From Clostridia bacterium (GTDB lineage Bacteria; Bacillota; Clostridia; Oscillospirales; CAG-272): a DNA stretch of 64,000 bases. Each line of letters starts with the position of its first letter. Position 1 is the stretch's first letter. A program made the position numbers and the translations under genes. The DNA is taken from NCBI GenBank assembly GCA_017454675.1, contig JAFTCN010000058.1:3185-67184 (forward strand), given 5' to 3'. The notes beneath the pieces are model-generated. The model worked only from the letters and a program-made list of their open reading frames with translations. It did no database searches and was not told the origin of the DNA. Positions 20,120 through 28,838 of the stretch are shown piece after piece.

Positions 20120-21745
20120 ATGACACACCGGATACTTCGAAAAGGCAACAGAATAGCCGCAATGCTGATCACGGTCGCATTGCTTTTTCCGTTTGCCGCG
20201 GTATCCTCATACGCAGAAGAAGCGGACGCGCTGCCGGCGACCCGGACATCCGGGACCGTGCGCTCAGGCGATTCGTCGATAGAGAATCCGCCGGAGTCCG
20301 AGCCTGAGACCGCAGGGGAAGGCGAAGTGGAGGAGAACTCCGAAGAAATGGCCTTTCCCGGCATCTTCCGCATACGCAATTCCGCGAGCGGCAAATATCT
20401 GTCTGTCGGGAAGTATTCGAAGAGCGCGGCCGAGATAACGAGGCTCGAGGAATACAGCGCGGGCTCCGGCGCCCAGTGCTTCAGGATCACCGACCCCGGC
20501 GACTCCGGCAGATGGATGATGATCCCGCAGACCGACAGCGGAAAATACGCCCTCACCCTGTCCGAGAACTCCGGTAGCGGCTCGCTCCTCGTGCTTGCCG
20601 AAGCGGACGGGCGTGAAGGCCAGTTTTTCGACATACTGAAGCTCAAAAACGGCTGCTATACCGTCGCTCCTTCGGAATCGTCGAACTTCTACGACGTACT
20701 ATGCGGAGCAGACGCGGGCGACGGGTCAGGGAAGCAGGTATCTGGCATATCCGACTATTCCATAGGTGACCCCGGAGCCATGTGGGTATTCGAGCCCGTG
20801 CTGACCACCGGAATTTCGGTCGCCTTCAGGGAAACCAAGATGCAGACGGGTTCCACGGGCAGGTTCTACGCGAAGCTCATGCCATACAACAGCAGCGAGA
20901 GGCGTGAAGTCTGGACCTCCGACAGCCCCGGAGTGCTGAACGTCTCGGAGAACGGCGCGTATGCCGCCCTGTCCGAGGGCACGGCGCACGTGACCGCGGC
21001 GCTCGACGGCTGTTCAGCTGAGATGACGGTCACCGTCACCGACCGCGCCTGCTTCACCTTCTTCAGCCAGAACAGCGCCGTCAACAGCGACTGGTGCTAC
21101 GACGGCCTCGATACCCTGTATTTCAACGGCGGAGGCTACCGCAAGCCCTTCGCGATCGACGACAAGGCCCCCGGAGGTAAGAGCGCCTGGATCGACAAGG
21201 GCTGCGCACTCTGCGCCGTCGCGATGGTCCTTCGCAACCACGACGCCAGGCTTACGGTAGGATACGACTTCAGGTCGGGCCAGGACGGGATGCTTCCTGC
21301 CGACCCGTATACCGTCGCGCTCGCCAACTCGGGCAGCACCGGTGCGCTCACCGGCGGCAGCGTGATCTACGGAAATCCCGTCTACATGGCGTGGTCGAGA
21401 GCGGTGTCCTCCTTCGAGACCGGCGGTCAGGCGCTCGCCATCAAGCGAGTATACACCCAGAACCTCGCCACGATCAGGAAACTCGTCGAGGAGCATCCTC
21501 ACGGGATAATAGCCATGCTCAGCCGCGGCGAGAGCAACCACTGCGTGGTCATCGGGCGCTGCATCAACCCCGAAGAGACCGTGGCGTCAAAACTTCAGTT
21601 CGAGATCTTCGACCCCGCGGCTTACTTGCGGTACGAAGGCGACGGAGTGCTCATGTCGGAGACGACTTCAGCCAGGTTCATGCATTATTCCTTCCGCTCG
21701 ATCTCTCAGCTCATCATCATAGACACACCCGATAAACTCAATTAA
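20120..21745 (+). CDS. Secreted multidomain protein: signal peptide, ricin-B-like lectin region, Big_2 Ig-like domain, and a C39-like papain-fold Cys/His domain
   Basis: Signal peptide MLITVALLFPFAAVSSYA. Big_2-like WTSDSPGVLNVSENGAYAALSEGTAHVTAALDG. C-terminal KGCALCAVAMVL ... NHCVVIG. The start is taken at MTHRILRKG. Confidence 0.65.
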   Translation: MTHRILRKGNRIAAMLITVALLFPFAAVSSYAEEADALPATRTSGTVRSGDSSIENPPESEPETAGEGEVEENSEEMAFPGIFRIRNSASGKYLSVGKYSKSAAEITRLEEYSAGSGAQCFRITDPGDSGRWMMIPQTDSGKYALTLSENSGSGSLLVLAEADGREGQFFDILKLKNGCYTVAPSESSNFYDVLCGADAGDGSGKQVSGISDYSIGDPGAMWVFEPVLTTGISVAFRETKMQTGSTGRFYAKLMPYNSSERREVWTSDSPGVLNVSENGAYAALSEGTAHVTAALDGCSAEMTVTVTDRACFTFFSQNSAVNSDWCYDGLDTLYFNGGGYRKPFAIDDKAPGGKSAWIDKGCALCAVAMVLRNHDARLTVGYDFRSGQDGMLPADPYTVALANSGSTGALTGGSVIYGNPVYMAWSRAVSSFETGGQALAIKRVYTQNLATIRKLVEEHPHGIIAMLSRGESNHCVVIGRCINPEETVASKLQFEIFDPAAYLRYEGDGVLMSETTSARFMHYSFRSISQLIIIDTPDKLN

Positions 21746-21746
21746 C

Positions 21747-21785
21747 GGCCTTTCCTCGGTCATGTCCGGGAAAGGCTCGTTTATC
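21747..21785 (+). terminator. Rho-independent terminator
   Basis: GGCCTTTCCtCGG-tcatgt-CCGGGAAAGGC followed by a T-rich stretch, directly after the stop codon at 21745. Confidence 0.6.
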
Positions 21786-21826
21786 GAAAAAAGAGACAAA
21801 GACATAAAAAAGGAGCATTATCCGTA

Positions 21827-22540
21827 ATGAAACGGAAGATCCGCACGCCGTATTTCGAGATCGGCACCAAAAACTACATCTACGGAGACAAGATCCTGGA
21901 ATACGCGAAGGCTGCCGACGCGGCCGCAGAAAAATACGATATCGACGTTCTCTTCATAACGACGCCGATCGAGATCCGCAGGGTCGTCGAGAACACGAAA
22001 CACCTGATAGTGCTGGCGCCGTACATGGATACTCTCCGGCCCGGCCGCGGAATGGCCGATATCCTGCCTGAGGCACTGAAGGCGGCCGGCGCGGAGGGGG
22101 TCGTCGTCAACCACTGCGAGAAGCCGATGTCGCTGCCGCAGATCAAAAAGACGATCGACAGGGCTCGTGAGCTTGACATGCTCGTCTTCGCCTGCGCCGA
22201 CACGATAGCTGAAGCGAAGGCCATCGCGGAGCTCCATCCCGATATAATAAACCCCGAGCCGTCCGAGCTTATCGGCGGTACGGGAGCCGGCGTCAGCAGC
22301 ATGAGTTATGTTGCCGAGTCGATCAGGACGATAAAGGCCATATATTCCGACATACTCGTCGAGCAGGCGGCCGGGATTACGAGCGGAGAGCAGGTATACA
22401 GGTTCATCATGGCAGGCTCTGAGGCCGCAGGAGCGGCGTCGGGCATCATGAACGCGGCAGATCCCCTCGCGATGATCGACGAGATGATCGCGGCAACCCG
22501 CCGCGCGAAGGACGATCTCGCCGCCGGGAAGACGCTCTGA
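21827..22540 (+). CDS. Triosephosphate isomerase-family (archaeal-type TIM-like) protein
   Basis: 237 aa. FEIGTKNY, VVVNHCEKP (compare NHSE) and NPEPSELIGGTG (compare EPPELIG) resemble short TIM-barrel isomerases. AAAGGAG RBS. Confidence 0.7.
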   Translation: MKRKIRTPYFEIGTKNYIYGDKILEYAKAADAAAEKYDIDVLFITTPIEIRRVVENTKHLIVLAPYMDTLRPGRGMADILPEALKAAGAEGVVVNHCEKPMSLPQIKKTIDRARELDMLVFACADTIAEAKAIAELHPDIINPEPSELIGGTGAGVSSMSYVAESIRTIKAIYSDILVEQAAGITSGEQVYRFIMAGSEAAGAASGIMNAADPLAMIDEMIAATRRAKDDLAAGKTL

Positions 22541-22564
22541 CATCACATCACGGAGGAGACATCG

Positions 22565-23059
22565 ATGACTCTCGTTAAAAAATATCCTCTCCGGTCCGAC
22601 GACCGGAAGGTGACTTTCCACAACGTAACGGACCTCGTCAGGGAGACGGTGAAGAGCTCCGGCGTCCGGAACGGCACCGTCACGGTGTATTCGCACCACA
22701 CGACCTGCTCTGTGATCACTCAGGAGGCGGCCTTCGACATGTCGATGACCGGCCTTGAGACGCTTCAGCAGGACCTCGTCGACGTTATGTACAAGATCGC
22801 GCCGCTCTGCTCGAGAGAGGGGATCTACCTCCATCCGGGCCCGAAGGCGCTGAAGTTCGCCGAAGAGCACGGCGAGGACGCGCGCGGCTGCCACAACACC
22901 GACGCGCACCTGATTTCGTCGATCATCGGACGCAGCGTGACCGTCGTTATAGCCGACGGCGAGGTCGATCTCGGCGAATTCGGGTTTGTATATTTCATCG
23001 ATTTCGACACCACAAGAGCGAGAAACAGGACCGTCGACATCGCCGTGACCGGCGACTGA
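22565..23059 (+). CDS. YjbQ/UPF0047 family protein (secondary thiamine-phosphate synthase family)
   Basis: GTVTVYSHHTTCSVITQE and NTDAHLISSIIGRSVTVVIADGEVDLGEFGFVYFIDFD are hallmark UPF0047 blocks. Confidence 0.85.
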   Translation: MTLVKKYPLRSDDRKVTFHNVTDLVRETVKSSGVRNGTVTVYSHHTTCSVITQEAAFDMSMTGLETLQQDLVDVMYKIAPLCSREGIYLHPGPKALKFAEEHGEDARGCHNTDAHLISSIIGRSVTVVIADGEVDLGEFGFVYFIDFDTTRARNRTVDIAVTGD

Positions 23060-23075
23060 CGGAGACGGAGATATC

Positions 23076-23699
23076 ATGGATAACTGCAACGGACCTGATA
23101 TAAAAGCTGCCGTCGACGCCGCCTTCGGGGCATTTGCGACCGAAGCCGAGTCCCTCATCGAGACAGAAAAGGCGCTTGACAGGGGCGAGTTCGAAAAAGC
23201 GGTGAAGATGCTGGCAGGCGCCGAGCGCATCGCGGCCTCCGGCTGCGGACACTCGGGAATATGCTGCATGCATTTCTGCCACCTCATGTGCTGCATCGAG
23301 CGGCCCGCGAGGTTCATCTCACCCGCCGAGGCGCCGCACGGCGCGCTGGGGTATATACAGCCGGGCGACCTGATGCTGCTTGCGTCCCGCGGCGGAAAGA
23401 CCGACGAACTCATACAGATCATGAACATCTGCCGCTCCAGGGGAGCGAAGATCATCGCGGTGACCGAGAACACGTCGTCTCCGCTCGCCGAGGGCGCCGA
23501 CGCCGTGCTGGCGATCAGGGTCACCCGCGAGTGCGACAGATACAACTGCCAGGGGACGACGAGCTTCGCCGTTACCTCGGCGGTCTTCGACGCCCTCCAG
23601 TGCGCCGTGCTAGAGGCGACGGGCTTTCGCAACGAGGACTTCGCCGTGATCCACCCGAACGGAGCGGTTGGGAAGCGTCTCAACAATAAGGACAAATGA
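23076..23699 (+). CDS. SIS (sugar isomerase / phosphosugar-binding) domain protein with a Cys-rich active-site loop
   Basis: SIS layout: IAASGCGHSG..., LLASRGGKTDELIQIM and AKIIAVTENTSSPLAE. Confidence 0.8.
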   Translation: MDNCNGPDIKAAVDAAFGAFATEAESLIETEKALDRGEFEKAVKMLAGAERIAASGCGHSGICCMHFCHLMCCIERPARFISPAEAPHGALGYIQPGDLMLLASRGGKTDELIQIMNICRSRGAKIIAVTENTSSPLAEGADAVLAIRVTRECDRYNCQGTTSFAVTSAVFDALQCAVLEATGFRNEDFAVIHPNGAVGKRLNNKDK

Positions 23700-23762
23700 C
23701 CCGCCGCGCGGCGGCATACCGCAGAAATCATATTTTTTTTCATAAGAAAGGAATTCGCTGAA

Positions 23763-24383
23763 ATGGAATTCAAAGTATTTCAGAAAGAACTCGAACTCCA
23801 GTCAAGAGGCTGGATCCCCACCTTCCACGATGTTTCCAAAGAGATAAGGGAGATCGTCGCGGCTTCCGGCGTGAAGAACGGCACCGTCTGCATCGCCTCT
23901 CACCACACCACGTGCTCCGTCATGGTCCAGGAATGCTCGCACGACATAGACTCCTTCGACCTTGAGTTCCTGCAGCACGATCTGCTCGACATCATGCGCA
24001 AGCTCGTCCCCGACTTCAGGGAGGAGCATCAGTACCGTCATCCCGGTCCGATCCACGCGCAGTTCGGCAGATACGTCGACGAACCCGGCGACTTCACCTC
24101 GATGAACACCGACGGACATCTCCGCAGCGTCTTCTTCGGCAGGAGCGAGACGATGACCATCAAGGACGGCGTCCTCGACGGCGGCGAATTCGCCCATGTG
24201 TACTTCATCGACTGGGATCAGGTCAGAGCGCGCCACCGTCAGCTCAACGTGACCGTCATGGGCACGACCGAAGACGTCGGCGACAGAAAGTGGAACAACG
24301 GGGAGGTCATCAACACCCTCCACAAGTTCACCGACGAGGAAAAGGGCTACGATCTGCACTACGATCTGCAGCTGAAACGGTAA
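23763..24383 (+). CDS. YjbQ/UPF0047 family protein (second paralog, with a C-terminal extension)
   Basis: GTVCIASHHTTCSVMVQE and NTDGHLRSVFFGRSETMTIKDGVLDGGEFAHVYFIDWD. Confidence 0.85.
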   Translation: MEFKVFQKELELQSRGWIPTFHDVSKEIREIVAASGVKNGTVCIASHHTTCSVMVQECSHDIDSFDLEFLQHDLLDIMRKLVPDFREEHQYRHPGPIHAQFGRYVDEPGDFTSMNTDGHLRSVFFGRSETMTIKDGVLDGGEFAHVYFIDWDQVRARHRQLNVTVMGTTEDVGDRKWNNGEVINTLHKFTDEEKGYDLHYDLQLKR

Positions 24384-24430
24384 AATAGTTGTAAAAAACT
24401 CGCGCAGGGAGGCTCCCTGTGAGAGGCTGC

Positions 24431-24468
24431 GGGGGCGGGGGATCGGTCCGGAATGATCCCCCGCCCCC
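24431..24468 (+). terminator. Strong GC hairpin without a T-tract, a possible terminator or RNA-stabilising element
   Basis: GGGGGCGGGGGATC-(10 nt)-GATCCCCCGCCCCC, a perfect 14 bp stem, 48 nt after the YjbQ-2 stop codon. Confidence 0.45.
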
Positions 24469-24564
24469 GTCCCCGGCGGCGACGCGCACACGGTGAATCG
24501 GCAGCCCGGTACCCTGACGGTGTTACAGCGTGCATCTGAGGCAGTAAAAAGAGGATAAAACGAC

Positions 24565-26028
24565 ATGAGATTATTAGAGCTGACCGTTTTGCTTATCGCG
24601 GCACTGACCGCCTGCGCTGTTATCACGTCCTGCGGCCGAGCGGGCGAGGGTGAGCTTTCAGGTGCCGGGAGCATGTCCGGTACCGGGAGCGGAGACACGA
24701 CCTTTGAGTCATCCGAAACGGAAGAGCCTGCACCGCCCTCCTTCCGCACCGAAAACGGCCACGGCTTTACCGCCGACGGCTACTCATCGGTCGAAGGAGG
24801 CATGTTCACTCTAAGGAAAGAGCTCGTCATGACCTTCGACGAACCTGTCGCCCCCGGAGGATTCAACCGGATGTCATTCTCCTACACGTCGACCGGCCCG
24901 GTGAAAGCTACGGTGAGCTACAGGCTCGGCACCGTCTCCGCGGTCGAGGTGTTCTACTTCGAGGCGTCCGGCGAAGGCGCCGTCTTCAACGGACTGATCT
25001 CGACCTTCCTTGACGGAATGAAGGGCAGCGGGATAGAATCGGTAAAGATCAAGCCCCTGAAGGGAACGACGCATTTTAGGCTGCTGTCCGTCTCGGCAGA
25101 GACAGTCGACGCCCTCCCCGGAGGGGTGTACTACCTTGAGAACGACCGCTTCAGGGTGGGTATCAGGCTCTCCTGGGGCGGGGGAATCAACTGCATCGAG
25201 GACAAAACATGCCCCGTCGCAGGGCTGTCGAATCTTATAAACGGCCACGACACAGGCAGACTTATCCAGCAGTCATACTACGGCACGGGAGGCAACGCCT
25301 CATACACCCCGGGCGAGTTCAACGGCTCGAGATGGTCATACAACCCCGTCCAGGGAGGCGACAAGTACGGCAATTCCAGCCGTCTCATCGACTTTGAAGT
25401 GACCGGGGATTCGGTATACGTCAAGGCGCAGCCGCAGGACTGGTCGCTGAACGGAAAGATAACGCCCGCCTATATGGAAAACAGATACACTCTGTCAGGC
25501 GGACTCATCAGAGTCGACAACCGCTTCGTCGATTTCTCGGGCTGGGAGCACAGATACGCCCATCAGGAGCTCCCCGCCTTCTATACCGTCAGCTACCTCG
25601 ACCGTTTCGTCTGCTACGGCGGTTCTGCGGGATGGAGCGGCGACACGCTCACCGTAAAGGACGGGCTGCCCTTCTGGGGAGACGCGGCATATGCGAACTC
25701 CTGCAGGTTCACGATGAAGAAAGGCAACACCGAGACCTGGTGCGCCTGGGTGTCGTCGGCCGATAATTACGGTATTGGCCTGTACGTGCCGGGCATCGAC
25801 CAGTTCTACGCCGGAAGATTCGGGTACAACGGATCGAAATCGGCGTCGGACAGCGCGACGAACTACGTCGCGCCGCTCCTTACGCTGAAGCTTGTCTCCT
25901 TCAGGCCTGTCGAGTACAGCTATCTCATCGCGACCGGATCGCCCGAAGAGATCAGATCGGCTTTTTACGAAAACCGCGGCTTCGCAGACAATTCGTCACT
26001 CACGGCGATATCGCAGTCTATGAGATGA
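24565..26028 (+). CDS. Lipoprotein of unrecognised family
   Basis: Lipobox LIAALTAC after a hydrophobic h-region, then a Gly/Ser linker. The remaining ~440 aa have globular, protein-like composition. I recognise no family motif. Confidence 0.6.
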   Translation: MRLLELTVLLIAALTACAVITSCGRAGEGELSGAGSMSGTGSGDTTFESSETEEPAPPSFRTENGHGFTADGYSSVEGGMFTLRKELVMTFDEPVAPGGFNRMSFSYTSTGPVKATVSYRLGTVSAVEVFYFEASGEGAVFNGLISTFLDGMKGSGIESVKIKPLKGTTHFRLLSVSAETVDALPGGVYYLENDRFRVGIRLSWGGGINCIEDKTCPVAGLSNLINGHDTGRLIQQSYYGTGGNASYTPGEFNGSRWSYNPVQGGDKYGNSSRLIDFEVTGDSVYVKAQPQDWSLNGKITPAYMENRYTLSGGLIRVDNRFVDFSGWEHRYAHQELPAFYTVSYLDRFVCYGGSAGWSGDTLTVKDGLPFWGDAAYANSCRFTMKKGNTETWCAWVSSADNYGIGLYVPGIDQFYAGRFGYNGSKSASDSATNYVAPLLTLKLVSFRPVEYSYLIATGSPEEIRSAFYENRGFADNSSLTAISQSMR

Positions 26029-26070
26029 ATTATTACAGTATGGGGCTGTAAAAAGACCGGAAAAAAGAAG

Positions 26071-26106
26071 ATACCCGGAAGGCAGAACTTCCGGGTATTG
26101 TATTTT
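26071..26106 (+). terminator. Rho-independent terminator
   Basis: ATACCCGGAAG-gcagaa-CTTCCGGGTAT followed by tgtatttt. Confidence 0.65.
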
Positions 26107-26280
26107 GACGGCTTTTCTTTTCATAACAGCCGTATTGCGGTATGATCTTCCGAAAAATCAAAATGAAAAGCACCCGGGCTCAAACCTTACGTTTATCGCC
26201 TGAGTGCTTTTCTTTTTTCGGTACCGTGTTGCAGTCCCTTTGTCAGAGACGCCTCTCGCGTCTGACGGCTTCAGAGCGGC

Positions 26281-26802
26281 TCAGCCGCGGTTCTTGAGCG
26301 AATCGCGGATCTCGAGGATAGCGGCTCTGACAGCGGCGAGCTCGGCCTCCTTCTCGGCGGCAGCGGCGTCCGCGGCGGCTTTCTCCTCGGCGGCCTTCTC
26401 GGCAGCGGCCTTATCGGCGGCTTCCTTTTCGGCCTTTGCCTTAGCCTGAGCCTTGTCCTTGAGCTTGTTGATCGAGCGGATCACGAAGAAGATGCAGAGC
26501 GCGACGATGATGAAGTCGATGATGGTCTGGATCCATGTGCCCCAGAGAATGGCGACTTCGGGAACTTCAGCCGCGGTCTCGGTAGCGGGGACGGCTTCCT
26601 TCAGGACCGTCTTTACGGAGCTGAGATCGACCCCGCCGGTGATCAGCGAAACGCAGGGATTGATGATATAGTTCACAAGTCCCGTGACTATTTTTCCGAA
26701 GGCGCCGCCGATGACAACGCCTACGGCCATATCCATCACGTTACCGCGCGAGATGAAGTCCTTGAATTCGCCGAAGAACCCCTTTTTTCCGTTTTTGGCC
26801 AT
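26281..26802 (-). CDS. mscL: Large-conductance mechanosensitive channel MscL with an extended Ala/Lys/Glu-rich C-terminal tail
   Basis: FKDFISRGNVMDMAVGVVIGGAFGKIVTGLVNYIINP is the canonical MscL N-terminus/TM1, and a second TM follows. The protein is 173 aa, long for the family as I remember it. Confidence 0.9.
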   Translation of the reverse strand: MAKNGKKGFFGEFKDFISRGNVMDMAVGVVIGGAFGKIVTGLVNYIINPCVSLITGGVDLSSVKTVLKEAVPATETAAEVPEVAILWGTWIQTIIDFIIVALCIFFVIRSINKLKDKAQAKAKAEKEAADKAAAEKAAEEKAAADAAAAEKEAELAAVRAAILEIRDSLKNRG

Positions 26803-26909
26803 AGCAATACCTCCAAAATGAAACCGGAATCATTGTCCGTATCTATACTATATTATAAAACAGAAATCCGCTCAAGTCAAGTGAAAAAGGCGGCGTCGCA
26901 TAAAAAATA

Positions 26910-26938
26910 TTGACAAAGAGCGCTGTAAGTTATAGAAT
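26910..26938 (+). promoter_or_regulatory. Sigma-70-type promoter for the FAD oxidoreductase gene
   Basis: TTGACA, a 17 nt spacer, then TAGAAT. Confidence 0.5.
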
Positions 26939-26987
26939 AATAGTGTTATAATAATAAAAACCGTTGAACGGAGCGAGAGGACATCAG

Positions 26988-28838
26988 ATGAAGAGATTCA
27001 GCGAAGAAAACTACGACTTCATAGTGGTCGGAGGCGGCATGGCCGGCCTCTGCGCGGCAATATCGGCCGCGAGACACGGAACGAAGACCGCACTCATCCA
27101 CGCAAGGCCGGTGCTCGGGGGCAACGCCTCATCCGAGATCAGGATACACATATCCGGAGCCGACCAGAGCCTGCGTCAGACCGATTACGCCGAAGGCGGA
27201 CTCGTTTACGAGATGATGCTCGACAACAAGGCGTGCAACGACAGCTTCTGCTATTCTGTCTGGGACAGCGTCCTCTTCGAGAAGGCGAAAAAGGAGAAGA
27301 ACCTGACGGTATACTTCAACACCGTCATGTACGACGCTGAACTCGCCCCCGGAACAAACCGCATCGCGTCGATAAGCTGCGTTCAGGAGACAACGGAGAT
27401 GAGATACCGCTTCACCGCGCCGCTGTTCGCGGACTGCACCGGGAACGGCACGCTCGGCTATTACGTCGGTGCCGATTTCAGGCAGGGGAGCGAATCGAAG
27501 GCGCAGACCGGCGAGCCCCACGCCCCGGACGAGCCCAACAACGAGCGCATGGGCAACACCATCCTGCTCAAGGCGGTAGACACCGGACATCCGGTGAAAT
27601 TCACCCCTCCGTCATACGCCAAGAAGCTCGACGAGCATCAGCTCAGATACCGCGTCCACAGCAAGACCATGAAGGTCGACGCCAGTATGGCCCCCGACCC
27701 CGAGGAGTGGCTGCGTCTCTCGGCATGCAGCTGCAAGGCCGTCGACTACGGATACTGGTGGCTCGAACTCATGGGCGACGGCGACGATATAATCCCCGAT
27801 TACGAAAAGATCAGAGACGACCTCTACGCCTACGCCTACGGCATCTGGGACCACATCAAGAACGGCGGCGAGCACGGAGCCGAGAACTACACCCTCCAGT
27901 GGGTCGGCGCTCTGCCCGGGATGAGGGAGTCGCGCAGGCTCATGGGCGACTACGTCCTCTCCGAGAGCGACATCCTCGACCACAGGATCTTCGACGACGC
28001 AGTCGCATACGGCGGCTGGTGCGTCGACCTGCACGCTCCGCACGGTCTTCTTGACTTTGACCTGCTCCCGTCCGACTGCCACCACTTCACCGGAATATAC
28101 ACGATCCCGTACCGTTCGTACTACTCGAGGAACATCGACAACCTCTTCATGGCCGGCAGAGACATATCCACCACGAAGCTCGGTCTCGCGTCGACGAGGA
28201 TCCTCGGCTGCTGCGCGATCGGCGGACAGGCCGTCGGAACCGCGGCGGCGCTCTGCCGCAAATACGGGACCGACCCACGCGGACTCGCGCCTCACGTGCC
28301 CGAGCTCCGTCAGATCCTTATGAAGGATGACATATACTTTCCGGCGCCATTCACCAACGACGACGAGGGCGACTTCGCCAGAAGCGCCGTGTTCACGGCG
28401 TCTTCGGTGTCAGCCGGCAGCCCCGATATGCTGAACAACGGCGTGTCGCGAAAGATCGGCGACTGTCTCAACGGGTGGAAGTCGGACGGCATCGCAGAGG
28501 GCGGGGAGGAACTTCTCATGAAGTTCGGAAAAGTACGCTCCGTCTCGCAGACGCGCGTGACATTCGACTCGAACTTCGCATACCCCGTCAGGATCACGAT
28601 GTCGGCGAACCGCCAGGAGCAGCAGCGCCCCGGCGTTCCCATGGAGCTCGTGAAGGATTACGACATAGTTCTCCTTCTCGACGGAAAGGAAGTCGGACGG
28701 AGCGAGGTGCGGGACAACCATCAGCGCCTCAGCGTCACCGACTTCGGCCGAAAGATCGACTGCGACAGCATAAAGTTCGTCTTCAGGAGCACGAACGGAG
28801 CTCCCGACGTGACCGTCTACGAAGTACGGGCGTACTGA
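26988..28838 (+). CDS. FAD-dependent oxidoreductase (FAD_oxidored-type) with a C-terminal beta-sandwich-like domain
   Basis: Dinucleotide-binding YDFIVVGGGMAGLCAAISAARHG. The start is taken at MKRFSEE (ATG 26988). Confidence 0.8.
   Translation: MKRFSEENYDFIVVGGGMAGLCAAISAARHGTKTALIHARPVLGGNASSEIRIHISGADQSLRQTDYAEGGLVYEMMLDNKACNDSFCYSVWDSVLFEKAKKEKNLTVYFNTVMYDAELAPGTNRIASISCVQETTEMRYRFTAPLFADCTGNGTLGYYVGADFRQGSESKAQTGEPHAPDEPNNERMGNTILLKAVDTGHPVKFTPPSYAKKLDEHQLRYRVHSKTMKVDASMAPDPEEWLRLSACSCKAVDYGYWWLELMGDGDDIIPDYEKIRDDLYAYAYGIWDHIKNGGEHGAENYTLQWVGALPGMRESRRLMGDYVLSESDILDHRIFDDAVAYGGWCVDLHAPHGLLDFDLLPSDCHHFTGIYTIPYRSYYSRNIDNLFMAGRDISTTKLGLASTRILGCCAIGGQAVGTAAALCRKYGTDPRGLAPHVPELRQILMKDDIYFPAPFTNDDEGDFARSAVFTASSVSAGSPDMLNNGVSRKIGDCLNGWKSDGIAEGGEELLMKFGKVRSVSQTRVTFDSNFAYPVRITMSANRQEQQRPGVPMELVKDYDIVLLLDGKEVGRSEVRDNHQRLSVTDFGRKIDCDSIKFVFRSTNGAPDVTVYEVRAY

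Noticed and set aside
21818-23773. 651 aa minus-strand ORF spanning the TIM-like/YjbQ/SIS genes
   Set aside because: It is antisense to four plus-strand genes that have clear family motifs and RBSs. Its Arg/Ala/Ser/Pro-rich composition and lack of motifs are typical of stop-free antisense frames in GC-rich coding DNA.
26330-26460. Quasi-repetitive GC-rich stretch (gcggc/ggcc periodicity) as a possible repeat array or CRISPR
   Set aside because: It is the coding sequence of the Ala/Lys/Glu-rich MscL tail. It has no repeat-spacer organisation. No CRISPR-like array exists anywhere in the window.
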